A stretch of 64,000 nt of DNA from an uncultured Rhizobiaceae group bacterium (GCA_938044775.1 CALIOE010000039.1:1200-65199), one strand, 5' to 3'; counted from the first letter of the stretch, positions 17,429 through 26,715 are shown. Numbers and translations are program-made. Notes: generated by a model from the sequence alone, not told the origin.

Positions 17429-18982
17429 ATGACCCTTGCGAAACACGACCAATGGGACGCCATCGTCATCGGCTCGGGCATTGGGGGCATGGCCGCCGGC
17501 GCGGCTTTGAGCCGCGTTGGGCAAAAGGTGCTTCTGCTCGAGCAGCATCAGACTCTCGGCGGGCAGACCCACAGCTTCTCCCGCGACGGCTTTACCTGGG
17601 ACGTCGGTCTTCATTATCTGAGTGGCGTGGCACCAGGAGACCGCGCGCGAGAATTGCTGGACTGGCTGTCCGATACACCCATCGAATTCGTGTCGTTAGG
17701 GTCGATCTATGACACTCTGCACATCGGATCGGCTGAGCCGCTGACGCTTTCCCGACCTTACGAAGCGCAGGAGAGGGACCTGAAAGACCGCTTCCCCGAT
17801 CAGACCGAGGCGATCGAAGCCTGGACGCGTGCGTTGCGTGAAGGTCGGGAGGCTATGTTAAAGATCTTCCCGACCCGCGCGATGCCGGATATCGCGGGTG
17901 ATATGTTGAACTGGTGGAACCGGCGCGCGATAGCGAAGTGGTGCGCCCGGACGACGAAGGAGGTGATCGATGAGCTGACCGATCATCCTGAGCTTGCAGC
18001 TGCGATGGCTGCGCAATGGGGCGATCATGGAGGAAGGCCGGGCAAGGCGAGCTTCGCGATACATGCACTGATATCCGCTTCCTATCTGTGGAGCGGTTCG
18101 TGGTATCCGGTGGGTGGCAGCGCCGTCTTTGCCGAACACATCATCCCAACCATTGCCAAGCACGGAGGCGAAGCCCGCGCAGGTGTCCGGGTCGAAGAGT
18201 TGCTGCTCGACGATGGCGCTGTCGTGGGCGTCCGGACCAACGACGGTACAGAAATCCTGGCAAATGCCGTGCTCTCAGATATTGGTGCACGCGAAACCAT
18301 CGACAATCTCTTGCCCGAAGATTGCGGGCACCGGGACTGGATCGCGGATATTCGCGCGTTGCCATCCAGCATCGCGCATTTCACCCTGTTTCTGGGCTTC
18401 GAGGGTGATGTCGAAGCCGCCGGTGCCACCAGGGCGAACCATTGGATTTATCCAACCGGTCAAGCCGACGTCCTCTGGACGACGGCGTCCGATGGTGCGC
18501 CACCCTGTATGGTTGCCTCCTTTGGTTCGCTTAAAAACCCGGCGCATGACCCCGGATCGCGGCAGAAACACACGGGTCAGTTTCTGGTTTGGGCTGACTG
18601 GGCCTCCGTCAGTCAATGGGCTGATCAGCCCGTTGGCGCGCGTGGCGACGACTATGCCGATTTCAAGCGCCGGGTTGAAGGCACGTTGATGGCGCAATTC
18701 GAGCGCTGCTTTCCCGATCTCGCTAAGCTGGTCGTCCATCGCGAACTGGCCACGCCGCTTTCAACCGCCACCTTTACGGGGCATCGCAAGGGTGCGTTTT
18801 ACGGGCTTGACGTGACCCCTGAGCGTGTCATGTGCAATGGGTTGCGGGCCAAAACGCCCATCCCCGGCCTCCACCTTGCGGGCCAGGATGTAGCCTGCCC
18901 CGGAATTCCCGGCGCGCTTATCGGCGGCCTTCTCGGCGCTGCCAGCATCGATCCGAAAGTGTTCAGCAAATTCAGGCGGTGA
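17429..18982 (+). CDS. NAD(P)/FAD-dependent oxidoreductase, phytoene-desaturase / RetSat (retinol saturase)-like family
   Basis: Rossmann segment DAIVIGSGIGGMAAGAALSRVGQKVLLLEQHQTLGG followed by FTWDVGLHYLSG, as in the CrtI/CRTISO/RetSat family. 517 aa. Confidence 0.85.
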   Translation: MTLAKHDQWDAIVIGSGIGGMAAGAALSRVGQKVLLLEQHQTLGGQTHSFSRDGFTWDVGLHYLSGVAPGDRARELLDWLSDTPIEFVSLGSIYDTLHIGSAEPLTLSRPYEAQERDLKDRFPDQTEAIEAWTRALREGREAMLKIFPTRAMPDIAGDMLNWWNRRAIAKWCARTTKEVIDELTDHPELAAAMAAQWGDHGGRPGKASFAIHALISASYLWSGSWYPVGGSAVFAEHIIPTIAKHGGEARAGVRVEELLLDDGAVVGVRTNDGTEILANAVLSDIGARETIDNLLPEDCGHRDWIADIRALPSSIAHFTLFLGFEGDVEAAGATRANHWIYPTGQADVLWTTASDGAPPCMVASFGSLKNPAHDPGSRQKHTGQFLVWADWASVSQWADQPVGARGDDYADFKRRVEGTLMAQFERCFPDLAKLVVHRELATPLSTATFTGHRKGAFYGLDVTPERVMCNGLRAKTPIPGLHLAGQDVACPGIPGALIGGLLGAASIDPKVFSKFRR

Positions 18983-19052
18983 TTGGGTTTGTGCCTGACG
19001 GGTCATTAGTCAGATTCGTGGCGACACCGCAGGCAGCCTGTTCTGGCTAACG

Positions 19053-19292
19053 TTGGTTGCTCTTTTTGTTACCGTAGGCGGAGCAGTCGGCGGGTATCTG
19101 ATTGGTCAGAACCGCACGACCAGCGAAAGGCCCAAATTTGAACACCGAAAGGACGCCGATGCAGCATACCAGTCTATCGTTACTCAGCTCTCGGAAGACT
19201 CGCCGATATCGAAGGCGGCAGCTGCTGCGAAGCCCGACACCATACTCAAATCTTTTCCAGCTGAGTGGGAGGTGGGTGCGGAGCGACAATAG
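19053..19292 (+). CDS. Hypothetical small membrane protein (weak call)
   Basis: TTG-initiated 79-aa ORF with one N-terminal hydrophobic segment (VALFVTVGGAVGGYLIG). It has no recognisable family and lies in an otherwise gene-poor stretch. Confidence 0.25.
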   Translation: MVALFVTVGGAVGGYLIGQNRTTSERPKFEHRKDADAAYQSIVTQLSEDSPISKAAAAAKPDTILKSFPAEWEVGAERQ

Positions 19293-19947
19293 CAGTTGAT
19301 CCACCTCACCAATCAGGTCCTCGCCGCTGCGCTTTCCATGGAAGAACATCAACAGGTGCGCAAACCTTCGTAATCAGTCTTGCGTTTGATAAAACTGGTG
19401 TCGAATGGACCTTTGGAAAGTTGCAGGAGTTGGACTTTTCTGGAGCCCATGCAGACGACGCATACCGGGCGACGCATACCGGGCCAGGTGCAGTTTCCAG
19501 GGCGCCGGCATTTTAAAGCCGATTACAGAGATTCTTCGTTTGGGAACTCCAGTTCAAAACTTGCTCTGTTCGGGAAGCAGAATTGCAGGACGTGGCATTC
19601 GATACGGCAAACTGTATGGTAACCAATATTACCATGGCAGATTTTCGCGCAGCTTGGTTTGAGTGGCGTCTCGTTTAGGGGGCAATATTGATCGCTCCAA
19701 TGTTCATGAGGTTACTTTATGTGATGCAAAGTTGGTTCAGGGATTAGGGGCTGGCTGGCCAGACGCTTAAGCGAGCGGCAGAGGCAGGCGGCTGATCTCG
19801 ATTGAAACCTGGATCAAAAACATGACGCTGTGATTGACAAATAATTGCGGTCCAGATCGAGCAGCAACGTTTGCAGTCGATGCAGAACCACAATTGCAAA
19901 TAGCTCAACACGCGATCGGCCAGCCAACACTGAATTGGGAGATTTGC

Positions 19948-21303
19948 ATGGCGCAGCAGGACTACTTCAATCGGGTCTACCGGGATGCACGCGACCTCGA
20001 CTGCAATCATGTGCAGGCCACGCTCTGTGCCACGCAATCGTCGCTGGAAACGGGATGGGGAAAGCGGGTGAAGGGCAATTCCTACTTTGGCATAAAGGCA
20101 GGAAAATCATGGAAGGGCAAAGTTACAAGCTTCACAACTCACGAAGTTATTGGCGGCAAGCGGAGAAAAATGGTGCAGCAATTCCGCGCCTATGCTGATC
20201 AGAGAGACAGCATCAAAGACTACATTGAGACCATGGCTCGAAAATGGCCTGATGCCTGGAGTGCAGGCGCGGTCGAGGAGGCCGCACGAGGGCTTCTAAC
20301 GGGCACTTACGGAGCATATGCGACTGATCCGACATATGTGGATGGGGTGTGGAAGACTGGCCGCAAACGGGGGCCGTTGGCGCAAATGGCTTATGAAGGG
20401 AAGCCTGGCAAAGAGGAAGTCAAAGAACCACCCAAGTCGAATATTGCCGAGAAAGGCAGGCCACAGCAGCCGCCGGAAATTACCCGTCAAATTCTTGATC
20501 ACAACATGCACTTAGTGCCGCCCGACCATCGAAAAGACGGTACCTACTTGCTTGCTGTGCGTGGATATTTTCGCGACAGCAAAGGCAAGAAGGGGCAAAA
20601 CGACAGAGGCATTTACGATGATGCTCTGTTTGTGGTTTCGCCCCGTGGCGCATGGTCATTTAACGCCAATGTCGATCCGTCGGTCTATAGAAAACGGGTG
20701 GCTTCCTACAAAACAAACCAGGCCATTTCCTTCAAACAGGGTATCCACGGACACAGTAAGCCAAAGTCGCAGCGCTACAAAGCGTTTGAGCAATTGTCTG
20801 CCGCCAAAGTGCATCGTGATCAGGTTGAGGAGGACTTTGGCGACTTCAGTATGAATATCCACAGGGGTTCCTCGCGTGGATCCACATCTTCGCTTGGCTG
20901 CATAACGGTGCCATACGGCTCGCAGTGGACCGAATTTTTCAGTCGGGCCTGCCGCGAAATGGACACCGACGAACAAAGTGTGATTTGGCTGATTTTGTTG
21001 GAGTATCAGGGTGGGAAGCCTCCGTTGGAAATTGCTCCCCTGGAACAAAAGACAACGCAGGGAGAACAGGCTGCGGATACAGAAATGCAGCGCTTCGCTC
21101 CTGGGCACCTGGAGGCTCTCGACGAAATGGCATTCCAGACCATACAGGACATTGACCATTCTCGTCAGGCAGCCGAGCGAAACACCTACTACGACGGATA
21201 TGCTTCTGGCCAAATCGAATTCGCCAGCAGGTTGCGCAAATTTGTTCGTGAGGTTGACCCGAATTTTGATGACAAGGTTCGCAAATCAAAAGACCGAACC
21301 TGA
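19948..21303 (+). CDS. Two-domain peptidoglycan hydrolase: N-terminal glucosaminidase (FlgJ/LytD-type) plus a YkuD-like (L,D-peptidase fold) domain
   Basis: The ATG at 19948 has a GGGAG SD. N-terminal segment ATQSSLETGWGKRVKGNSYFGIKAG...QQFRAYADQRDSIKDY fits a glucosaminidase domain. The central domain ends in NIHRGSSRGSTSSLGCITVP, resembling the YkuD H-x-G...S-x-G-C motif. Confidence 0.75.
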   Translation: MAQQDYFNRVYRDARDLDCNHVQATLCATQSSLETGWGKRVKGNSYFGIKAGKSWKGKVTSFTTHEVIGGKRRKMVQQFRAYADQRDSIKDYIETMARKWPDAWSAGAVEEAARGLLTGTYGAYATDPTYVDGVWKTGRKRGPLAQMAYEGKPGKEEVKEPPKSNIAEKGRPQQPPEITRQILDHNMHLVPPDHRKDGTYLLAVRGYFRDSKGKKGQNDRGIYDDALFVVSPRGAWSFNANVDPSVYRKRVASYKTNQAISFKQGIHGHSKPKSQRYKAFEQLSAAKVHRDQVEEDFGDFSMNIHRGSSRGSTSSLGCITVPYGSQWTEFFSRACREMDTDEQSVIWLILLEYQGGKPPLEIAPLEQKTTQGEQAADTEMQRFAPGHLEALDEMAFQTIQDIDHSRQAAERNTYYDGYASGQIEFASRLRKFVREVDPNFDDKVRKSKDRT

Positions 21304-21732
21304 AATACTGATCCTCCCCTTTTTGATCTGGACTCTTGGTTGGGCGAGCCATGAGGACAGCGCGATGACACCTGGAAGAGCTCTTTGTGAGGGTCAATGG
21401 AGGATCTCATTATCTCAGCAGTCTGCTGTCCATGAAGGGATGGTATCTCGTTCCACGGTCACCAGGCGTTAAGATCGCAGGGCGGCAGCAAAGTTCCTTA
21501 GAAGTCACTGAAGCGTATCAGCCAGCCAGGCATCATTGTGATGAACAAGCTGAAGGCTACAAGCTACAAGCTGGGAGCGTTGCTCGCGACCCAAACGACT
21601 GTTCCGCGGTCGTAGAAATTTCGGTCGCGGATGGTGGCAAAAAACGTTCGGCAATGGTTGGTCGACAACGATCTGTTGATACCCCGCAGACAGGCAGCCG
21701 TTCACGATCACAACGGAGTATCAGGCGGGCGC

Positions 21733-23028
21733 TTATGCTGCAGAGACACGCCAGATAACGTCGCCGACATCGTCGGCCATCAACAAGCTCTTACGATCTG
21801 CACCGATTGCCACGCCCACCGGGCGACCATAGGCCAATTTCTCGTCTTCCGACAAAAAGCCCGACAGAATGTCGCGAGGTGCGCCGGCTGGTTTGCCGTC
21901 TTTGAAAGGTATGAAAATCAATTTGTACCCACTCAGTTTGGAGCGGTTCCAGGATCCGTGTTGCCCGATCGCCATGCCCTCGCCGAAACCTGGCAGTGTA
22001 CCTTCTGGAATCCAACACAGACCCAGTGACGCCGTGTGTCCGCCAAGCGCGTAGTCGGGCTGAATTGCTTTCGCGACCATATCAGGGGCCTGCGCAACAC
22101 GGTCATCCACGACGTCGCCCCAGTAGGAATAGGGCCAACCATAAAAGCCACCATCTGCAACAGACGTCAGGTAGTCTGGCGGAGTTTCGTCCCCAAGCCC
22201 GTCCCGTTCGTTAACAACGGTCCACAGAGTGCCTGTTGAGGGCTCCCAGGCGGTGCCGACGGCATTGCGCAGACCGGTTGCGAACAGCCGAGCCTCACCG
22301 GTGGCCACGTCCAGTTCCCAAATCGCGGCACGGCCTTCTTCAACGTCCATGCCCTGATCGGCTATATTTGTAAGCGAACCGACCCCGGCATAAATTTTGC
22401 TTTGGTCCGGAGATGCAATAAGGCTGCGTGTCCAATGCCCGTGCGGCTTAAACTCGACCAGAGTTTTTCCAGGCCCGACCAATTCCGTTGCGCCTTCAGT
22501 GTAACTGAACACTTTTATTCCATCGGTGTTTCCAAGGAAAAACTGGTTTCCGATCAGGGCCATGCCAAACGGTTGATTTTGATTTTCAACGAAGACGGTG
22601 CGGGTCTCGGCGACGCCATCTCCGTCCTCATCCCGCCAGAGCGTGACACGGTTGGCGCTATTGCCGATCGCCTTCACGCGTCGCATTGTGGCCTGCGCCG
22701 CGTGATCCATTAGGGTTTGGGGTGGCCCCGCTTGTTCTTTTGATTCCGCAATCAGGACGTCGCCGTTCGGCAAAACTTCGATCCATCGCGGATGGTCCAG
22801 ACCGGTGGCGAAGGCATTCACCTTGAGTCCATCCGCACAAGTTGGCAAATGACCGTCCTTCCAACCTTCGGCAACCGGCATTTTCAGCGTCATGATCCCC
22901 TGTCGCCTGGCATCGGGGATGACCGGTTTCTGTCCCATCGCCTGCAGATTTGGAGCGCCAATGCGCCGCATCATGGCAACTGTACCTCCAACGATCGCTG
23001 TCGCCCGTGCAAGCAAACTCATAGCCAT
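21733..23028 (-). CDS. PQQ-dependent sugar dehydrogenase (sorbosone dehydrogenase / YliI-Asd family)
   Basis: 431-aa ORF with a signal-like N-terminus and beta-propeller motifs (GLRNAVGTAWEPSTGTLWTVVNERDGLGDETPPDYL, GGFYGWPYSYWG). Confidence 0.85.
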   Translation of the reverse strand: MAMSLLARATAIVGGTVAMMRRIGAPNLQAMGQKPVIPDARRQGIMTLKMPVAEGWKDGHLPTCADGLKVNAFATGLDHPRWIEVLPNGDVLIAESKEQAGPPQTLMDHAAQATMRRVKAIGNSANRVTLWRDEDGDGVAETRTVFVENQNQPFGMALIGNQFFLGNTDGIKVFSYTEGATELVGPGKTLVEFKPHGHWTRSLIASPDQSKIYAGVGSLTNIADQGMDVEEGRAAIWELDVATGEARLFATGLRNAVGTAWEPSTGTLWTVVNERDGLGDETPPDYLTSVADGGFYGWPYSYWGDVVDDRVAQAPDMVAKAIQPDYALGGHTASLGLCWIPEGTLPGFGEGMAIGQHGSWNRSKLSGYKLIFIPFKDGKPAGAPRDILSGFLSEDEKLAYGRPVGVAIGADRKSLLMADDVGDVIWRVSAA

Positions 23029-23197
23029 TCTCCTGTTGGGGGTCAGGCGAAAGATGAGCCCGAGTCGACCTCAAGTTCCGCCGGATGCGATTTGGAAAGA
23101 AGCTTCCAGTCTACCGCAGTCTGCGTCATTGCCAAGCCGGTATTCAATGGCTCAGCATCGATGTCTGCGAACGGTCCGGTTCAAAAGCAAAACCAGC

Positions 23198-23228
23198 GGC
23201 ATTGTCAAAGGAAACCAGCTTGAGACGG
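23198..23228 (+). repeat. Solo IS6-family terminal inverted repeat (left-end type)
   Basis: GGCATTGTCAAAGGAAACCAGCTTGAGACGG matches the sequence at 34700..34730 at 29 of 31 positions. It is also close to the left IR of the IS6 copy at 38238. Homology stops at the TetR stop codon. Confidence 0.6.
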
Positions 23229-23789
23229 CTAAGATGCGCGCAGAAACTTCACCATGGTTTTGCGAAAGCTGCTGAGAGCGCGATCATCCTGTTCAATTTT
23301 TCTTTTAAGGACTGCACCCTCCAGCGCAGTCACAATAAATTCGGCCAGAGCCTTTGCCGTCTCGTCATTCCGAATGGTCCCGTTTTTTTGACCCTCTTCT
23401 ATGCAGAATTCGAAGTCTGCTATCCAACCAGCATAGAGCTTTTGGAGGGCGTCTCGAAATTGGGTTGAGTTCGCCATCTCAGCAGTGAAGTTCCCGACAA
23501 GACAGCCAGACTGGCTTACGCTGAAAGCTGCTAAATGCGCGTCGATCCGATCCACTGGGCTCTGTTTCGTGTTTCTCAATGCAGAGCGGGCGTCGTCATA
23601 TTGGCTCCAGTACGCATTCAGGACTTCAAGACCCAGTTCATCTTTGCTTTTGAAGTGGTTGTAGAAGGAACCCTTGGGTACGCCGGCATGGTCTACGACA
23701 GTTTGCACACCACTGGCGTGGTAGCCGAATTCGTGAAAGACGGCTAATCCTGATTGGACAATTTTGTCCTTATGGCTTGGTCGCGGCAT
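23229..23789 (-). CDS. TetR/AcrR family transcriptional regulator
   Basis: N-terminal HTH segment KDKIVQSGLAVFHEFGYHASGVQTVVDHAGVPKGSFYNHFKSKDEL. Confidence 0.85.
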   Translation of the reverse strand: MPRPSHKDKIVQSGLAVFHEFGYHASGVQTVVDHAGVPKGSFYNHFKSKDELGLEVLNAYWSQYDDARSALRNTKQSPVDRIDAHLAAFSVSQSGCLVGNFTAEMANSTQFRDALQKLYAGWIADFEFCIEEGQKNGTIRNDETAKALAEFIVTALEGAVLKRKIEQDDRALSSFRKTMVKFLRAS

Positions 23790-23869
23790 CAGTCATTACC
23801 CTCAGATGGATGAAAGTGCGTGTGGGACAGATCTCATTCGCACCTATCTTGTCCATTTATACCGTTCCA

Positions 23870-24820
23870 TTAAGACGTGACGAGCACAATTTTTCCTGTG
23901 CGGCCACCGGCCTCGATAAGGCGATGGGCTTCGGCGGCCTGCTCCAGCGGCAAAGTCTGTTCAACAAGTGGTTTCAACAAGCCTCGAGCGGTCAGGTTCC
24001 CGAGACGGGCGAGGCGTTCAGCGCTGGGTGTCAAAAAGACCAGATGGATTTCAGCATTGAATCCCCACCCGTCGTAGAGGCCTTGAGCCTTTGGCTGGTC
24101 CACAATGCTTACAACGCGTCCGCCGGTTGCCAGAAGGCTGAGTGACTTTTCGATGGTATCGCCGCCGACCAGATCGATGACAACATCGTACCCGCCGCCG
24201 GAATGGGCCGAGAGCTGCTCCCAGGCATCAGCATCACGGTAATCGACAGTCTTGTATGCGCCGAGGCTCCTGACCAGGTCTTGTACCTCCTGACGGCTGG
24301 TGGCAACGACATCAGCACCGGTTAGTCGCGCGATTTGCACGGCGAAAAGACCGACTCCACCGGAGGCACCGTGGATCAGCACGCGATCACCAGCTTTCAG
24401 GCGGCCACGTTCAATCAGGCAGACCCAAGCGGTGCTTGCCGCTATGGGCAAAGAGGCTGCGTCCACGAAGGACAGGCCTTCTGGTTTTTTGGCGATGAGC
24501 TGCGCCTGCTCGACGTGGTACTCGGCGTATCCACCTTCATTCGACAGAACACGAGTGCTGTAGAACACCTCATCGCCAACTGCGAGTGAATCAACACCGT
24601 CTCCGACGGCTTCAACGGTGCCGGACACATCGACACCCATTTTGAACGGAGCAGCGATGTATTCTGTATAGTCGCCACGACGGGTTTGGATATCCAGCGG
24701 GTTGACCGAGGCTGCTTCAACTTTGACCAGAACTTCACCATTTCCAGGCGTGGGTTTCGGGACGTTCTGAACTTCGAGGACCTCAGGGGGCCCATACTTT
24801 TCAGCGACAATTGCGCGCAT
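23870..24820 (-). CDS. NADPH:quinone oxidoreductase (zinc-independent MDR family)
   Basis: MRAIVAEKYGPPEVLEV, followed by the GDRVLIHGASGGVGLFAVQIARL nucleotide motif. The ORF extends to 24856, but the MRAIV start is typical for the family. Confidence 0.85.
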   Translation of the reverse strand: MRAIVAEKYGPPEVLEVQNVPKPTPGNGEVLVKVEAASVNPLDIQTRRGDYTEYIAAPFKMGVDVSGTVEAVGDGVDSLAVGDEVFYSTRVLSNEGGYAEYHVEQAQLIAKKPEGLSFVDAASLPIAASTAWVCLIERGRLKAGDRVLIHGASGGVGLFAVQIARLTGADVVATSRQEVQDLVRSLGAYKTVDYRDADAWEQLSAHSGGGYDVVIDLVGGDTIEKSLSLLATGGRVVSIVDQPKAQGLYDGWGFNAEIHLVFLTPSAERLARLGNLTARGLLKPLVEQTLPLEQAAEAHRLIEAGGRTGKIVLVTS

Positions 24821-24889
24821 GATCGGGTTCCAATGTTTAGGGAGGAGGGGAGACACGGGTGCAGGTTATGAAACCGGCACCCGTTTTAA

Positions 24890-25885
24890 TTACGTGGCGT
24901 AGCGCCATTCTTCCGGAACCCATTTGTATGAGCCGTCCGCCCGACGATCGACGTAACCGAATGATGGGAAGGGCAAGTGGGTGGCAGTAACCAACGTGCG
25001 ATTCTTGGCGGCCACGTCAAAGACCGTGCGCCTCGACTTTTTGCCGTCCTCCGCGTCCGTGTCCCAAATAGCAGATGCGTCGGGGTTCGCAAATTGGATG
25101 GCCGCGCTGATGACAACGTCGCCAACAATCAAGAGGGTCTCGCCAGCGCTTTCTACACGGAACCCTGTGTGTCCCGGCGTATGGCCAGGCAGTGGGAAGG
25201 AAGAAATGCCGTCGCCAAGATCGGTCTCACCTTTGAAGGTTGAGATGCGGTCGCCGAATGCCTTTTTCCACTGACGCGCGATGTCAAACCAAGGTTTTGA
25301 CATTTCGATTGATTGCGCTTGTGCGGACTCGCTGGTCCAGAAGTTCAAGTCGGCTTCATCCACGAGCACCTTTGCGTTTGGAATGGTCACCTTGCCTTCG
25401 GCTGTGAAAAGGCCTGCAACGTGATCTGGATGAATGTGTGTAATCAAGACCTGGTCGATATCTTCTGGCTTGACACCAATCGCGGCAAGGTTGTTTGGAA
25501 GCAAACCGGCTTTCGGCCCAAAGAGATCACGAGCGCCACTATCAACGAGAATCAGTTTTTCGCCAGTATTGATCAGGTAGGCATTCACGCCATTACGAAT
25601 TGAACCCGTAGGTACAAATGCGTCACTAAGATGACCGTCAAGATCCGCAGGACTGACATTGGCCCAGATCTGATGGGGTAGATCAATGTAGCCGTCCCCC
25701 AAAACCGTGATCTCGTAATTGCCCAGCTTGCGTCGATACACCAGTGGTGCCTGAGCACCGACAATTGGTGTGGCGGCATTTGCAGGCAAGGTAAGGGTGG
25801 TTGCTGCTGCGCTGCCAACTGCAACGGTTGCTGCGCTTGAAAGGAATGAACGGCGATTGAGGTGATTTTCCGATAAGTCAGACAT
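24890..25885 (-). CDS. Tat-exported MBL-fold metallo-hydrolase
   Basis: Start MSDLSENHLNRRSFLSSAATVAVGSAAA (twin-arginine signal) with an AGGAAC SD. Motifs ITHIHPDHVAG and LPGHTPGH. Confidence 0.8.
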   Translation of the reverse strand: MSDLSENHLNRRSFLSSAATVAVGSAAATTLTLPANAATPIVGAQAPLVYRRKLGNYEITVLGDGYIDLPHQIWANVSPADLDGHLSDAFVPTGSIRNGVNAYLINTGEKLILVDSGARDLFGPKAGLLPNNLAAIGVKPEDIDQVLITHIHPDHVAGLFTAEGKVTIPNAKVLVDEADLNFWTSESAQAQSIEMSKPWFDIARQWKKAFGDRISTFKGETDLGDGISSFPLPGHTPGHTGFRVESAGETLLIVGDVVISAAIQFANPDASAIWDTDAEDGKKSRRTVFDVAAKNRTLVTATHLPFPSFGYVDRRADGSYKWVPEEWRYAT

Positions 25886-25931
25886 TGAGGTTCCTAGCGG
25901 TTGAATTGTTGGGGTATCAAAGTATGTCATT

Positions 25932-25960
25932 TATATACGACCGGTCGTCTTAAAATTCAA
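25932..25960 (-). promoter_or_regulatory. Putative sigma-70 promoter with a palindromic operator in the spacer (MBL-QOR-TetR operon)
   Basis: The minus strand reads TTGAAT-N17-TATATA. The perfect 12-bp palindrome ACGACCGGTCGT (25937..25948) lies inside the spacer, ~50 nt upstream of the MSDLSE start. Confidence 0.45.
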
Positions 25961-26087
25961 ATGAGGGTTCCCGCTGATGGTTCACACTTGCGTGAATTAG
26001 CAGCTACTCAATGTATTGATGAGAAGTTCTGCCAACTTGACAGGGGAGCGTCCGGCCAAGCCCAGGGGCCTGGCCAAACGAGTGTCC

Positions 26088-26715
26088 TTACGCTTGCTTA
26101 CGCCCAGTTTGCTGAAGCTTGCTGACGGCTTTCGCTCGCGCCGTCGCAACAACTGCAGAGTGGGTTCTGGTCTGTGTATCAGCCTGGAATGGCGCATCCA
26201 GAGGCGGTTCTGAAATATGGCACGTGTAGCTGGACAGGGTTTTCAGACCGGTGCCAAGAATGACGTGCAGGATATTGACCTCTGTGTAGCCCGCCGACAG
26301 CAAGGCGTCGATGTCGGTCATCGCGAGATGACCGCGGGCTTCGTTAACGCGGGCGATGAAAATGTGCTGCGCCTGAAGTTTTGGGCCAGAAATCTCAGGG
26401 CCATAACCCACGGCGGTAATGATGTTTGCAGGAACCTTCTGCATTTGCGCAAATGCCGAGCAGGCAGCCAACCATTAGGTGCGGCCGTTCAGGCGATTGT
26501 TGGTTATCAGTAAGATCTGACACTCAATCAGCGTGAGGTCGGTTTTCTCAAAGTGATCGGCAAATGCGCCGCAAGCTTACATCATGACAGGCGAGTTCGC
26601 GAAGACCCTTGGCAGGTTCGGCACGACCCCGTGGTTTGTTGCGCGCTTTCCAGATGCCGCTTGTTGGTGTTCGGGGCTGTCGCAAACGGTAGAACGGGGA
26701 GAAGCATAATGGGAG
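26088..26715 (-). pseudogene. Carboxymuconolactone decarboxylase (AhpD-like) family pseudogene
   Basis: The minus-strand translation aligns along its length with the intact paralogue 27902..28468 (..VPNLPRVFANSPVMM*ACGAFADHFEKTDLTLIECQILLITNNRLNGRT*WLAACSAFAQMQKVP..). There are two in-frame TAA stops (26577..26579 and 26475..26477) and an N-terminal frameshift. Confidence 0.7.

Noticed and set aside
19457-19484. Tandem 14-mer GACGCATACCGGGC x2 as a possible CRISPR or VNTR seed
   Set aside because: There are only two units with no spacer architecture. No repeat-spacer array exists anywhere in the window.
19744-19760. A 10-nt match (GGCTGGCTGG) to the flank of tRNA-Gln, considered as a possible att direct repeat marking an island boundary
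   Set aside because: Matches of this length are expected many times by chance in 64 kb. It does not extend into the tRNA 3' stem sequence.
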